This document shows, in pieces, positions 50,421 through 64,000 of a stretch of 64,000 nucleotides of DNA (positions are counted from its first letter, which is position 1; every line of letters begins with the position of its first letter). The notes beneath the pieces were generated by a model. The model saw nothing but the letters and a program-made list of their open reading frames with translations. It was not told the DNA's origin and did no database searches. The DNA comes from Zootoca vivipara. Lineage: Eukaryota. Position numbers and translations under genes: made by a program. The stretch spans positions 47,740,001 through 47,804,000 of the forward strand of contig NC_083276.1 of the NCBI RefSeq assembly GCF_963506605.1, in the 5' to 3' direction.

Positions 50421-51299
50421 CACCTCAGCTAAGCCAGATGCTGGTATAAGTGCTGCACTATGCTAAAAAATATCAAGGAGCAGCAAGGAGGGTGCAAGCT
50501 CCTTTCTGAAATGTTTGTGTGGTCCCAGTAAGTCATAGTTTGGCTTACTGTGAAATGTGAACGAGGCCACTAAATATTTCTTTTTCTTTCTAAAAAATGT
50601 TTAAATAAGAATCTGTGTAGTTATTTTAATTTTACTGCAGTACAATACAGTAAAACAAGTGTACTCCAGGGGCACAAAACCTCTAGCCTAGAAGGCATCC
50701 TCTGAGGCTTCCCACCTGGTCCTCTCCTCTTTGTCCCTGTCCCTCTGCCTGTGCTGTCTAAAGAAAGAAGTGGGGAAAGCAGCAAATTGCAGGTGCTGGA
50801 AGTCCAAGTGGAGGCTCTTTTGCCCTTTGTTCCATTCCCATTTAGATTAGGACCCTCCATCCTTGCTATTGGCACTGTCCCACAAGGATCAATTAAAAAC
50901 TTTTTGGGCAATGCAAACTGCAGGTGTGGGAGATCCAACTGACATTCAAGTGCAAAACCACTTACAAATGCTCGTCTTGGTACAGAAACCATTGAACAGT
51001 AGGAAAAGGTTGCACAGAAGAACATGCTACCACACCCAGCTAACAACTATAAAGCTACATCATATCACACTACACTGAAATTTTGCCAGCTTCTTTAATA
51101 TTCTTCATGAAATTCTGAAATGAAGCCAGAACTCTCTTACTTTTATAGTTATGCTGTATATTGCACATTGAACTGCAACTCGCATTTGTATAAAATATAA
51201 AAACAAATGTGTCCAACAAATATCAGTGTTGTTCATGCAAATTAACACATCAGGTTTATGGCTCTCCCTTCTATTTCTTTATACAGTATATCAAATTCT

Positions 51300-51900
51300 G
51301 GACTGAGGTGTCACCAGTATGTTGATGACATGCAGTCCTATTTCTCCATTAACATCTGCATCAGGAGAGGCTGTGAAAGTTTTGGACTGGTGTCTGGATG
51401 CAGTGGTGGACTGGATGAGAGTCAATGAACTCTGTTTAAATCCTGGGAAGATAGAGGCTCTTTGGGTGGGTGACTCCCATATTCAGGAAACTGGCAAGTT
51501 ACCTGTTCTAGATTATTATTATTTATTAATTTTGTATACCGCTCTTCATCCGAATTTCACAGGGCAGTTCGCAACATAAAAATACAAAATGTGAACACAA
51601 AAAACATAATAATAACTCCCCGCCCACAAACACATCTAAAAACCCATGGGATGATTAATCAACCAACAGCCTGGTTATAGAGAAATGCTTTTGTCTGGTG
51701 CCTGACAAAAATGAGAAACCGAGCCTTTAGCGTCAGTCTGGTGGAATGTCTTGCCAACTGAGATTCAACAGGCACCTTCTGGCCAACTTCTAAATGCCTG
51801 CTGAAAACTTATCTATTCTACCAGGCCTATGAAGACAATTAAGAGTACATCCCACACAATGGTCTATGGATGTTTGTTTTCAATTTCTTATTGCTTTTAA
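51300..51900 (+). mobile_element. Old L2 fragments
   Basis: WMRVNELCLNPGKIE resembles the L2 RT C-terminal WM..N.LKLNP.KTE motif. Confidence 0.6.
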
Positions 51901-52446
51901 CTTTTTCTGATGTCACTGTCAGGTTTTATATTTTATATTGTAAACTGCTGTGGTATATTTTTATGATACAATGGAATATTATTTTTATAAATAACTAAGA
52001 TAAGATGAAACAGACAAAAGTTAACACAAATTCACTTTCATGCTGGTAAATTTTCAGGCATTTTCATGCTGAGGCATTTTCAGTGATACAGAACAATATA
52101 TATCACATTTCTTCTCAATGCTCTTGTTCATTTAAATCAGGCTTAGAAAAGTTCTTGCAAGTCCAAACACTCTAAACAATTATTAACACTATTGCATAAA
52201 CTATCATTGCAGGTGTGGAGAACCTGTGACCCTGCAGATCAGGGTTGGCAACATGGTGCCCACACAGTATAGCAGACTACAACTCCTATCACCATTGGCA
52301 ATACTAGCTGCGGCTGATGGGAGTTCAGCAACATCTGGAGGATATACAGTGGCTACCCTTGCTCCAGATGACTGATTCCTAACTCCTCATCTGCATGGTC
52401 AATGACTAGGGATAATGAGAGCTGCACTCCAACATCTGGAGGGTCA

Positions 52447-52662
<216 letters not shown>

Positions 52663-52875
52663 TTAATACAAAATAAAGTATCTCAAAACAGTGAGTATTC
52701 AAAACAATTTCTAAACTCATAAAAAGCCACTTCTATCTACTTAAGGCAGTAGAAAACACTTCTTGTTTCAGGAAGAAACGTTTTATAAACCCACTTTTCT
52801 ATATAGAAGCCAGCTACAGGTAGGCTATGACAGAATGCATTAGACTGCATACTTAGAATTTGAAATAACACTCTA

Positions 52876-53160
<285 letters not shown>

Positions 53161-54495
53161 TCATTTGTAACAGCCTAAACTGAATCATGATTTAAAATAC
53201 GGCAAAAAGTTACATCTATTTAGGTTGTTCTGGTACTGGAAAACTTCCCATTTTCCTGCAAGTAGCAGAAAAAATGGAAAACATACCAGACACGCATGTT
53301 TGCAGAACGCTGCTTAGAAACCTCCTTGTCACTCTCTGTGTTTTGGGCCGACATTATGGTCGCCACAACTACATCGCTATGAAACCCTCTCGTTTTTCTC
53401 CGTCCAGTTTTCCCCTGGACGGTTATTGACTAGTTCTTCCCCCGAGACACCAAACGTGGGATCTGTGTGACAAAGCGTGACTTAAAGAGAGGCGTCGCGG
53501 CCGTGTGAGGAGGGGACAGGTATCCTTTTGTGACATAATCCGCACCTCACCGAGGGAGGCCTGTGTCCCAAGAGAAGCGCGGCCGGGAAAGCCGATGCCT
53601 CACGTCGGAAGAGGCCCCGCGGTCCCCTCGCGCGGAAACCGAGGGGGTTCGCAGCCCTCCGCGGAACGGGATGGGGAGGCTCCGTCTCGGCCTGCCGGGC
53701 GCGCCCCGCGAGTATCCCGCATGGCGGAGGACACCCATGCACCCACCATCTCGATCCCTCGCTCGCTCGCCGCAGCCGGGCGTCGGTCACAGAGCGGCCC
53801 TCCTCCCACTCGTAGGCCGCCCCGGAGCGGCCAGCCCTCCTGCCGCTTGCTTACCTGTCTCCTACACAGGCCGCGCTCTCTGCGCTCCGGGCTGGGGTCT
53901 CGGCTGACTGCTCGTATCCGCCTCTGGTCACAGCGTGTACCCCGCCTCAAAATGCGCAGCCGCCATCCCGCCTCTTCCGGAAGCATTTTCGGGGGAAAGT
54001 AGCCGGAAGCATTTCCACCCAGCTGCTCCCATAAATCTTTGGTGCCCTGATAGACGGGATGGCGGGAAGTAAAGGCTTGCGCGACACGACCGCCAAGCCT
54101 TATTGGCGCCTCCCGCCCACAGCGGAATTGCTTTTCTGCACAGAGATACAAAAGTGTAGAATGGTCACCGCGGCTATTTGTATTGGGAAGCGGAGGCAGA
54201 ATGCAAGGATTTCTCAGGTTGTAGTCGGAATTGTACATTTACCATAGTTTGTAAAAGGTGGAGCTAGGTTCGTTTGGCTTTCCAACCCCCGCCAAAAAAG
54301 AAATCGCATCACAAAAGACTGCTGTATAGATTTCAGACTATCCTAAAGGTGGTATCCCATTCCCATAGCATGCAGATATTCAGCGCCGTTGAACGTAGAA
54401 GCCTTGTGCTCCACTGATTTGCATGCAAGGGTGCTGCGTATTAAAATATTTCAAAACTTTTCCGCACAACTCTCTCTCTTCTGCCCCAGGATACC

Positions 54496-54529
54496 AAACA
54501 AACAAACAAACAAACAAACAAACAAACAA
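54496..54529. repeat. (AAAC)n microsatellite inside the bidirectional promoter
   Basis: Seen directly. Confidence 0.95.
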
Positions 54530-54975
54530 GGAAGGAACGTGGGATTTGTACCGCCTGTGAGCCTAACGTACAACAACAAAGGCAATGGATAAATGGATTG
54601 TATCATTAAGAATCCAAGGGATGGAGCAGCGCCACAATGGGGAATTAGAGCATGTGGCGGATTTCCACTTTTGCTGGAAGTTCAGTCTGTACGGCAACTC
54701 TCTAAAAATGATCCGTTTCTCTGCGACATGCAGTCGGCGGGTCCTCGGCAGTTGCACTTATCTCGGAAGTCAAGACTTTATACCATAGAGTTTTTGCCAA
54801 AGCTCTCCTGTCTAGGATTCTTGCTCTATGCCTTTTGACGCGGCGCCCGCCGGGCTGAGCGCCCTGAGGAGCCGAGGAGGAGGAGGTGCCTCCTCGGTGA
54901 CGGGCGTCGTGGAGGGCGGGGCTTCGTGGTTGAAAGCGGAACTGGAGGCCGCGATGCCCTTGGTAACCAAGAGGA

Positions 54976-54985
54976 GTCACGTGAC
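54976..54985. promoter_or_regulatory. CLEAR element (TFEB/TFE3 E-box) GTCACGTGAC
   Basis: Perfect palindromic consensus ~85 bp upstream of the ATP6V1D ATG. Confidence 0.8.
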
Positions 54986-55068
54986 AGGAGCGGGATTGCA
55001 GCTGAGAGAAGGAAGCGAAGGAGCCAGCGGCGTCTCTTGAGCAATCTCCGCCGACCACCCCGGGCAAG

Positions 55069-55109
55069 ATGTCAGGCAAAGACAGGATCGAGGTTTTCCC
55101 TTCGCGGAT
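55069..55109 (+). CDS. ATP6V1D: V-ATPase V1 subunit D exon 1 (41 nt)
   Basis: MSGKDRIEVFPSRM; |GTGAGT. Confidence 0.97.
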
Positions 55110-57174
55110 GTGAGTGACGCTTCTCTCCTGGTCCTTTCAGGGCCTCCCTTGGACGGTGGTGGGGGCCGGTCATTTCCTTCCCTGCGGCCCCACAGCCGGA
55201 CACTGCGCTGGGGGTTGTTTAGCTCTCAAATTCAAGCTGCCACGGATCAGCCACAAAAACACCCTTTAGCCGCCGTCACGGGGGTGCATTTTCTCACCCT
55301 TTTAATTCACAAAGGGAGGGTGCGATCCGTTTTCAGCGGCCTTAAGACCCCAATAGAAATGTAGTTATTTTGGATTGCTTCAATTCGCGTTGAATTTGGA
55401 GAGCGCTTTGGTGTGCAGAATTTGATACTCAACAAATTCTGTTTCGAATCCTATAACTATCACCAATGTATTGATTGGCATTGGTTAAGTTTACAAGGGG
55501 TTGTGGGAGGAACTCGTTGGAATATAAAGGTACAGTAATGTTACCTGTCATATAAGAGTCCCCCCCCTTCATTCAGACAAGTCAGACTTGTAGGCTTAAA
55601 AAATGGGGAAGTGAAATGTGAGTTGTTTCCAGGTCAAAATGGCAAATGCTTTGTCATATGGTCAGATGTCTTTGACAGTTATGGAACAGGGTTGTCATTT
55701 TATCTGACTTTGCAATGCTTGAAATGTCTCCTATTATTATTAATATGTTTTCTAGCCAGAGGATATTAGGAAGGGGCACTACTAAAAAAGAGAGGAATGT
55801 GAAGCCTCAAAATGATGCTCAAAAGTAGAAAGTTTATTCTAGTACATAAGATTGCAACCTTGGTAATTTCAAAATAGAAACTTCTTAATAACAAACAACT
55901 GTGTTCAGCTTTCAAACTGAATCTTGAGAGGGAGAACTGAGTTTCCTTATGAGCACTCTTATTTTAAAGGCTGTAAGTCTTCTGTTTCTTTTAAGTGCCA
56001 TAAAATTAATTGTACTTCTAGTGCCTAGCTTGGCAGTTTCTCATTTTCACACATTGCCATACTATTTTGTTAACTTGGAAGTCCCATTGATTTCAGTGGA
56101 ATTTTCTCTAGGCAGGTATGCATTGAATTTCACCCTTGCAGTATAATCATATGCAGAGTTTTTATTATGAGTATAGATTCCTGCTCCTTACATAGATCAG
56201 CCATATTTCCAGTATGTTTGCTGAATCTGGCATGGGATTCTTGATAGTAAACAGAGCCATGTTTAGTGTCCACACACAGTTTTGCTGAATCTTGTTCCAG
56301 CTGGTAAATGAGTTAGCTTGAGATAGAGAGGCAGTGGTGCAAGCCAGTCAGTGCAGGAATACGGACACTAGACCTTCCCTTCATTTAAAGAAGTTGCAGT
56401 TCTCTTCCTCAAGTTGATTTCCATCTTAGGCAGTTCCTGGGAGACATATTATAAGCTCTCTAAGGAATTGCCATGAAATCTCCTTATTCAATATTTCTAG
56501 TACCGCCCAAAATTATTTTGTTGTTGTTTCCAATTACTTTTCCTTGGAGATCATGGGAATCATGGGTGGACACAGCAATTACTGAACAGGCAAAAACCAT
56601 TGAATTCAGGCAAATCCATAGAGTGAGCACAGACCGTTGTTTACTGCGTGGCAGCTGCTTGTTACCATTCTTTGAGATAATTGCAAGCATGTAGAAAGCA
56701 AGTTGTGTCTAGCCATTAGGTGAAGCCAATGTTATTGCTTCTTGCTACGATTATAAAAGTGAGGCAGGGGCCTGCAGTGGTTGTCTTATTTTCAAATGTC
56801 CACCATTTGTCATAGGATTGCCTCTGTCCATGCTGCTGTTCATACGTTACCAGGTAGCTCCCTTTTCTAACCTGGAACTATTGGGAAAAGTAGTATGTGA
56901 TGTGATTTGGTTTGTGTTGAATGGTAGAAGAGACCGTTCATAATGCAAAACAAATTCTTGAGTTTCCAGTAAGAAACTTAGCTTATGATAGGGTTGCCAT
57001 ATTTCTAAAAGTGAAAATTCGGACAGAAAGGTTGCTGAACTTCCTTTGGCAGAGTGAACCAATTCTAAAGTTCTCTTGTCAGCACTTCTGTAGCAGCCTC
57101 TCCATAAAACTGGAGTTTGTCATCTTTGCTTATTTGGTATGGGGATTGCAAGCGTGTTTAGAATTGCAGCCTAA

Positions 57175-57326
57175 NNNNNNNNNNNNNNNNNNNNNNNNNN
57201 NNNNNNNNNNNNNNNNNNNNNNNNNNNNNNNNNNNNNNNNNNNNNNNNNNNNNNNNNNNNNNNNNNNNNNNNNNNNNNNNNNNNNNNNNNNNNNNNNNNN
57301 NNNNNNNNNNNNNNNNNNNNNNNNNN
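57175..57326. other. Assembly gap (152 N) in ATP6V1D intron 1
   Basis: Run of N. Confidence 1.
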
Positions 57327-57620
57327 TCCATGAATAGAGTCTTAACAGTGAGTCCATAAGTGACTGTGGAGGCCAGTTCTGGATCCACACGTCCTTCCAC
57401 AGTGGAGACATAGATTTCTGGGTGGGAGTTGATCATGGTGAGGGTTTGCCAAACATGCCTTCCTCTTAGCTCATTTCTCCCTTTCGTCCTGAGTTTGAGC
57501 ATCTTCAAAGTCCATGACACCTTTGGTAAAGGCTGTTCTCCAAAATTGGACGCTCATAAGCCATTGTTTCCCAGTTGTTGGTGTTTATACTATATTTTTT
57601 AAGATTTCCCTTGAGAGATT
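57327..57620 (-). mobile_element. RTE-clade LINE 3' fragment abutting the assembly gap
   Basis: Homologous to 25477-25770. Confidence 0.8.
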
Positions 57621-57856
57621 CTTTAAACCTCTTTTATGATGTACCCTTCAGTGCACAGTAGGTATTATTACAGAGTAAACAGGCATAGGATTGGACTGTC
57701 AGACATGTGTTGTAAGTGTATGTTCAAGTTCTGTGAGCTAAAGAATATTTCCTCTTGTTTTTAGGAATGTGCCTTTCCAGGAACATTCTTCTCTTTTTCC
57801 CAGATCACCTCCAGTGACAAGATCAAAAGTATTTATTACTTTTTTGAATTTGACAG

Positions 57857-57974
57857 GGCTCAGACCATCATGAAGGCCCGTTTGAAAGGAGCCCAGACAG
57901 GTCGCAACCTCTTGAAGAAGAAATCTGATGCTCTGACTATGAGATTCCGGCAGATCCTTAAAAAAATTATTGAG
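57857..57974 (+). CDS. ATP6V1D: V-ATPase D exon 2
   Basis: AQTIMKARLKGAQTGRNLLKKKSDALTMRFRQILKKIIE. Confidence 0.98.
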
Positions 57975-58165
57975 GTAGGGTGTTTTAATGTACTGAATTT
58001 ACCTGCTAAAGAATCACCAATGTACAAACCGTTATAATAGCAGGAATGAGTTTTGCTCTTTTTAAAACAAAAACAAACCAGGCCCACTCCAGACTTAACT
58101 CTCATTATCAGTTGTAACCTGTATATTGGCTTCAGAAAATGTCCTTTTTTGGGTTGTATTTGCAG

Positions 58166-58245
58166 ACAAAGATGTTGATGGGTGAGGTGATGAGAGAAGC
58201 AGCCTTTTCTCTTGCTGAGGCAAAGTTCACAGCTGGAGACTTCAG
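58166..58245 (+). CDS. ATP6V1D: V-ATPase D exon 3
   Basis: TKMLMGEVMREAAFSLAEAKFTAGDF. Confidence 0.98.
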
Positions 58246-59135
58246 GTAAAGCTCACAAATGGGTGTTGTTGAAGGAACTTCTGTGTGAGACATTTGGCCT
58301 CTCTCAAGAGGTGAAGCATTCCTTTCTATTTGTGGAGGAGATTGGGAGGAAAATGAAAATTCTGCAGCAGGAAAAGGTAGAACGCAAACCCCATAGGAAA
58401 TTAAATATATTTCCAGAGTGTCTGCAACGATAAACGAGCAGAAGAAAAATATGAGGGCAGGGAATAACACTAAAGTTGTGATAGACTCCACAGTGTTCTA
58501 AATATTACTACCTACCTTCATATTTTAGCTTCTTCTAGTTGACAAATGACTCCTTGAGTTTCTGTGACTTTGTGTTCCAGTAGCAGTCATCGATTACTCT
58601 TTAAAATAAATTACCACTGCATTGCCTACAGTGCATCAGAGCATGTTTTGAAGACTGATCAGCATGGTTTGCTGTGGTCACTGCTTTGAACATTATGAAA
58701 ATGGCAGTTCACTAATCATGATTTCAGAAACATTTTAGGAATATATTAAAATGGAACACCCCATTTCACAGGTATAAAGCATCTATGAAGCATTTATGAA
58801 TAAGAAAAACAGCAGTGCAATTTTTATTGGTTCAAGAGCTGGAACCTTTAATTCAGCTTAGTACTGCATTTGAAAAAAAAACAACCTCTAGTACTTTTCT
58901 GCTTTATAGGACACCATGATGTTGTGATATGTATACACTGTCCTGGATTAAGCCTCACAAGTGAGACTTGCTCTGAGAAAACATACATGGAATTGTGCAG
59001 CAGGTGCTAGGAGCAGGTTTTCTATATATGGTGCTGTGTTCGCATTAAACATACTTTATGAAAACTAAGAAAATATACTGGCAATTGCTTCCTCAAATCC
59101 GTTGAATATGTACTGATACATATTTGTTTCTGCAG

Positions 59136-59203
59136 TACAACTGTGATTCAGAATGTGAACAAAGCTCAGGTCAAGATCAGAGCTAAGAAAGACAATGTAG
59201 CAG
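59136..59203 (+). CDS. ATP6V1D: V-ATPase D exon 4
   Basis: TTVIQNVNKAQVKIRAKKDNVA. Confidence 0.97.
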
Positions 59204-59307
59204 GTGTGTATCTTTATGCTACACATAATATAATTATTTTAAATTAAATTTATTTAATTATTTAAGTCACTGAGAAACTACCACATTGTTTATTGCGGCT
59301 TATAGTA

Positions 59308-59725
59308 GAATCAAATAGTTGGAGTGGACTTTGAACGTTACCGATTCCTGTTCAATGCAGAATCTGATAAATTGCTATCCAGCCACTCTTTAAATGCCTC
59401 CAGCACTGTAGAGCCGACCACTTCCCCAGGCTGCCTGTGATACTGTTGAAACAGTAGGAAGCTTCTAAAGTTTATCCAAAATCTGCTTCCTTGCCATTTT
59501 CACTTGTTTGTTCTAGACCCGGATCAGCAGAGAATAACTGTTCTACATTCTGTGGCAGCCCTTCATATTTTTGAAGCCTGCCATGTCTCCCCTTATCTAC
59601 TTCTTCTTAAGCCTAAATATACCCAGCTCTTTCAGCTGTTGCTCATAGGATGGTTTCCAGACTTTTCACGCTACTGCTGGCCCTGCTCTGGGCACACTTC
59701 AGTCTGTCAGTGTTTTTATTAAAAT
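59308..59725 (-). mobile_element. Old CR1 fragment
   Basis: Similarity to the 3' ends at 35696 and 49424. Confidence 0.6.
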
Positions 59726-59962
59726 ATGGCTCATTTTATAAACCGAACTTCAGAGGATGTGTTCTGGTTCATTTAAACCATCATTTCTCATGACACCTGA
59801 ACTTGGAAACTGTGATTTAAGTGCTCCCTATAAACCAGAATCAAACTGGCTTTAGGTCCCAAAGGGTGTGGTTGTGAGTGTTATGAGAACAAGATGGCGG
59901 CCAGAATAGAAATTAGGAAGTGGAATTCATTAATTACACAAACTGCTGTGTATCTTTTACAG

Positions 59963-60007
59963 GTGTGACCCTGCCAGTTTTTGAACATTACCAAGAAGGA
60001 GGAGACA
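59963..60007 (+). CDS. ATP6V1D: V-ATPase D exon 5
   Basis: VTLPVFEHYQEGGD. Confidence 0.97.
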
Positions 60008-60162
60008 GTAAGAAGTGATTTTTCTTTTCTTTTCCTTATCTCAAGAGGTTTTGATGTGATCTTAGCTTTAATATGCCATGTTTGAGAGCCTTGAAAACTG
60101 TATCTTCTGTAACTGGCCTGTGGTATAATATAATAAGCAATGGTTATGTGGACGATTTACAG

Positions 60163-60298
60163 CAGGCATCCCCAAACTTCGGCCCTCCAGATGTTTTGGA
60201 CTACAATTCCCATAATCCTTGACCACTGGTCCTCTTAGCTAGGGATCATGGGAGTTGTAGGCCAAAACATCTGGAGGGCCGCAGTTTGGGGATGCCTG
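60163..60298. mobile_element. Palindromic hAT MITE
   Basis: Perfect TSD ATTTACAG. Confidence 0.9.
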
Positions 60299-61026
60299 AT
60301 TTACAGCTTTTCTGTAAATGTTTAGGAAAGAATTTAACACTGCACTCTTCTGATAATTCTGTCAAGTGCAAGTACTGTATTTCTGCTTGCCTGATAAAAC
60401 AACCCTCACACTCTGCCCCTGTATGCTGCTCTGAGGGTTCTCCCTGCCTTCCATGGCAGATTTTTTTTGGGGGGGGGGAAAGCCCCTTTACACTAGCAGG
60501 AGCCCTTGCACCGACTTCTGCTAGCACTCTGGGACTAACCCTCAATTTTTTAAAAATCATGGGTTGCTTTTATATACTGGAGGAGAGGTTAACATGTGAA
60601 AGACCACATGGTGCCTTTTAAATGCAATCCTTAGCTTTGGGAAGTTATGGAAACTCATGCTATTTACTTTAGTAGGGTCAAGATGGCATTTTTTGGGCGA
60701 TATCATTTGTGCGATGGAACTTCCCCTTCCTTTTGTAGTCCTACCTCCACCCCACTCCAGGAGGGTTCTCTAACCCTCTGGGTCAGACTTTGAGGGTACA
60801 GGGATTGGAGAGGAAGGGGAAATTCTATCACACTGGTGGAAACCCACTCTGCAAGCGCCCTGACACCGTCAGGTATATCCCTTTATAACTATTTGCATTT
60901 TCCATATTAGAAGTGGAAGCTGAGATGAGTGGCTGATGGTTTAGTTTTCTGTTTGGTGGTTGATTTTTGGTGGTTGATTTTCTGTTACTAATGAGGCTGC
61001 TAATGGTACTGGATGAATTCTTTCAG

Positions 61027-61130
61027 GTTATGAGCTGACTGGTTTAGCCAGAGGTGGGGAGCAGCTGGCCAAACTGAAAAGGAACTATGCCAAAGCAGTA
61101 GAACTCCTCGTGGAATTGGCCTCTCTGCAG
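61027..61130 (+). CDS. ATP6V1D: V-ATPase D exon 6
   Basis: YELTGLARGGEQLAKLKRNYAKAVELLVELASLQ. Confidence 0.98.
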
Positions 61131-62000
61131 GTAGGTGGAGAAAGAAAACTATTAGAAGGACCTCTGGTATGGCTGTATATATAATAATTATTTGTGAGGT
61201 CTTTTTAAAGTATCTGCTTCCTTTTCTAATTGATCATCTGTAGTTGTTCCTAAGATATACTTTGAGGACAAGAGGAACTGCATATTGTGCTCTGACCTGA
61301 AGTCAGGGGGTGCATGGTGGTGCCAGGGAGTGGTATGGCTTTCGTTTAAGGGGAAATTAGATTTCAGCCTTTGGACTTTGCTTCCAAAACACTGATGAGC
61401 TGACAATTGCACAGAATCCCATCTTGTTGCACTAAGTTTGTGCTAGGCTCTCAACTTCTTTGAAAGGAGCGCACAGCTGGGTCTTTTTGTTGAGTTCCTG
61501 AATCTGGATTATCAGCCTGGTAGAATGTTGTGTGCTCACTTTTGTGTGCGCTTATGGATGTACACATTGTACAATAGGCCCTTCTTTCTGCCACTAACAG
61601 TATATAGGCTACAGTATCCTGTGCAAGAATTAGCAACACACCCCGCTTTTCACCTTACAAATTAACACTAGAATGTGGGTAAATCAGCACTGGGATTGTG
61701 GGCAGCGAATTTATATTTTGCCATCCCCTAATAGTAGGCTGGTGCAAAAAAAGCTGTGCTAGTAAGTTTGGAAGACTGAGTTGTCAATAAATAAATACCC
61801 TATTTAGGGAAACTTGTTTGTGAAATACTGAGTGAGTGACCAAGCCTGCATGATGCCAGATCAATTTATCTTTCTTAGCAATAATGTCCCATATATTTGC
61901 GGACATGTCTCTGCTCAGGGCTGAGGTACAAAGAGCTAGTGCATGATGCTTCTTTCGTATAAATATCTAATTTTCTGCTCATTCCTTCCCCTTTCTATAG

Positions 62001-62067
62001 ACTTCGTTTGTTACACTAGATGAAGCCATCAAGATAACCAATAGGCGTGTGAATGCTATTGAGCATG
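62001..62067 (+). CDS. ATP6V1D: V-ATPase D exon 7
   Basis: TSFVTLDEAIKITNRRVNAIEH. Confidence 0.98.
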
Positions 62068-62849
62068 GTGAGTCAAAGGAGATAATCCTTAAGTTAGTCT
62101 TGCCCAGCCCGATACCTTCCAGATGTTTTGGGCTACAACTGCTGGGGATGATGGGAGTTGTTGTCCAAAACATCTGGAGGGTATCAGGCTGGGTGAGTTT
62201 GCCTTAGGTGCTCTTGAACACAGAAAGGACGGTGTGTTCTAACTATGGTGAATGAGCTGGTTTGCATAACAGGGCGAGCAATATGTGGGCTCTCAGATTG
62301 CAGCTGCTTTGCTCCTCCTCAGTCCATTTGGCTTAGGGTGTCATCTGAACCAGGTCCAAATGGAGAGCATAACCAAAAAATACTGCCCACCATAAATTGG
62401 GTAGTAAATGAAGCTTCCTAATATGCATCCTAATACCATGATGCGATTCAGAGCTGTGCTGATGGGTGGCTTTTCCAAGGCCCCATTTCATAGTACTGTC
62501 TTGGAAGAGGTCAGAATCTAGAAGAACCATCTTCCCTAAGATGACCCTTTCCTCCCACAACCACTATGTTTGTGGCCCCTGGAACACCACATCACTGTGA
62601 AGCATTTTTCCTTTTGCTCTGGCACACTCTGGCCATTCTGTGTAGTGCTTAAATTACTGTGCCATACAACAAACTATGCATCTAACTCAGGAGATGATAA
62701 CCTGGGCACCCCTTGGCAGGATTAGACTACACACATATCTATGTATGTTCAAAAACATAGATGGCAATCACCAGTATAACTAATTTTTGCATGGCTGCCC
62801 TCCTTGTACTTATAGAATCATACTTACTAATAGCAATTTCTTTTTATAG

Positions 62850-62928
62850 TGATTATTCCCAGGATTGAACGTACACTCTCTTATATCATAACTGAGTTGG
62901 ATGAGCGAGAGCGAGAGGAGTTTTACAG
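62850..62928 (+). CDS. ATP6V1D: V-ATPase D exon 8; final exon lies beyond the window
   Basis: [25 protein letters not shown]. Confidence 0.98.
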
Positions 62929-64000
62929 GTGAGTGACTTCGTAATCCAAAAATAGGAAATTATGAATCTGGAAAATATTGTTGGTGTGGTACAGATGTTA
63001 AGTGCGGGGTAAGAAAAATACATCTAAGACCTTCAGCCTAGGTCATTATGCCAGTCTGGAAGCTTGGAGTTGCTTCAGGAAAGTTTGCTTTAGCAGGAGG
63101 CTCTGCTGATTATATTTGTTGTAGACCACTTCAAAAACACTTGTTGGGAACAGGGTTATAAACCCTTAAATGAAGAACATTCTAAAGGTATTGCTGCATT
63201 TTTTCTCCTGAGTGATTCCTTTTGAGTATCCTCAGGAACAGAATCATGTGGAGAAATAAAAATGTAAACTGGGTTGCATATGGGTACAGCCAGTGACTGC
63301 TGACACCATTTCCCATAATCACAGTTGCACTTTTCTTGCCCTCTGTGATCTTGGGAATCGCTGCTAAGCACTATGAGTGGAATCAAATAGCTGCCTTGGG
63401 ATGGAGTCTTTTGATCCCATGAATGTTAACCAAAGAGGAGGGAATTTTTGCACACTCAATGTTTTTCCTGCAGTTCCACCACCACGTTTTCAACCTCTTT
63501 TTGCAAAGTCTCCCAATTCTGTGGAGTCTATTGCGGTGGGAACCTGCAGTGAGGAGGAGTTAACAGAAATGGCCTCCCCCTTCTTGGATTCCACTCCATA
63601 TGAGTGTGCAACCTGGTTCATACTGATTCCCTCCCAACAGTCCTTGCTAACCTGATGTCCTCCAGATGTTTTAGACTACATCTCCCATCAACCAACAGTC
63701 AGGTTGGCTGGGACTAATGGAGTTGTTCTCCAAAAGATCTGGAGGACACCAGGTAGTTAGTACCCTCGTTCCTTTCCCTACCCCTGCTCTAAGCAACCAC
63801 CTCACTTTTTCTAGGAAGAAATTCTAATTTTATATAATTGTGCCAAAGGAAAACAGGTGCAAAAAAGTTTCAAAGATACAATGGAAAGTACACCTCCACC
63901 TCCAAATGCTGGTGCATTCTGCCCTTGAATTTTCAGCTAAGTTCCACAGAATTGATGGCCCATTACTGCCAACTATTTCTCATTGGAGTAGAATACAAAT

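Larger units (their letters stand above)
53480..55300. promoter_or_regulatory. Bidirectional CpG-island promoter of EIF2S1/ATP6V1D, incl. EIF2S1 non-coding exon 1 (donor at 53855)
   Basis: Two CpG-dense blocks; ETS motifs CCGGAAG (~53977, ~54003); GC box ~54912; - strand donor CAG|GTAAGC. Confidence 0.85.

Noticed and set aside
53482-55364. Several long Arg/Pro/Gly-rich ORFs
   Set aside because: By-product of CpG-island composition; no recognisable protein
56921-57520. ORFs containing X runs
   Set aside because: They span the assembly gap
63377-63655. 92-aa ORF after ATP6V1D exon 8
   Set aside because: Does not resemble the expected last exon (LKKIQEKK...); treated as intronic

Overview
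Vertebrate genomic DNA from a squamate reptile, most likely a lacertid lizard (Sauria SINEs, BovB, squamate hAT/Tigger MITEs). It is not prokaryotic, so most short ORFs in the track are noise or single exons. Five spliced genes were reconstructed by hand, with all exon phases consistent: the 5' part of ZFYVE26/spastizin (- strand, 12 coding exons, ATG at 12915, continuing off the left edge); a ~144-aa galectin-related (LGALSL-like) gene (+, 16541-22632); complete PLEK2 (-, 9 exons, 354 aa); complete EIF2S1 (-, 7 coding exons, 315 aa); and ATP6V1D (+, 8 exons, last exon beyond the right edge). EIF2S1 and ATP6V1D share a bidirectional CpG-island promoter with a perfect CLEAR motif. The most interesting object is the galectin-like gene: a probable ohnologue of LGALSL with a partly degenerate sugar-binding site. 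It lies head-to-head with ZFYVE26, where gene order and orientation differ from human 14q23-24. Other notable items: two GC-AG introns, a hAT MITE nested in BovB, a solo LTR/TE stack upstream of the galectin start exon, and a 665-bp fold-back inverted repeat in the last PLEK2 intron. Gene identities and human comparisons are from recall, not database searches.
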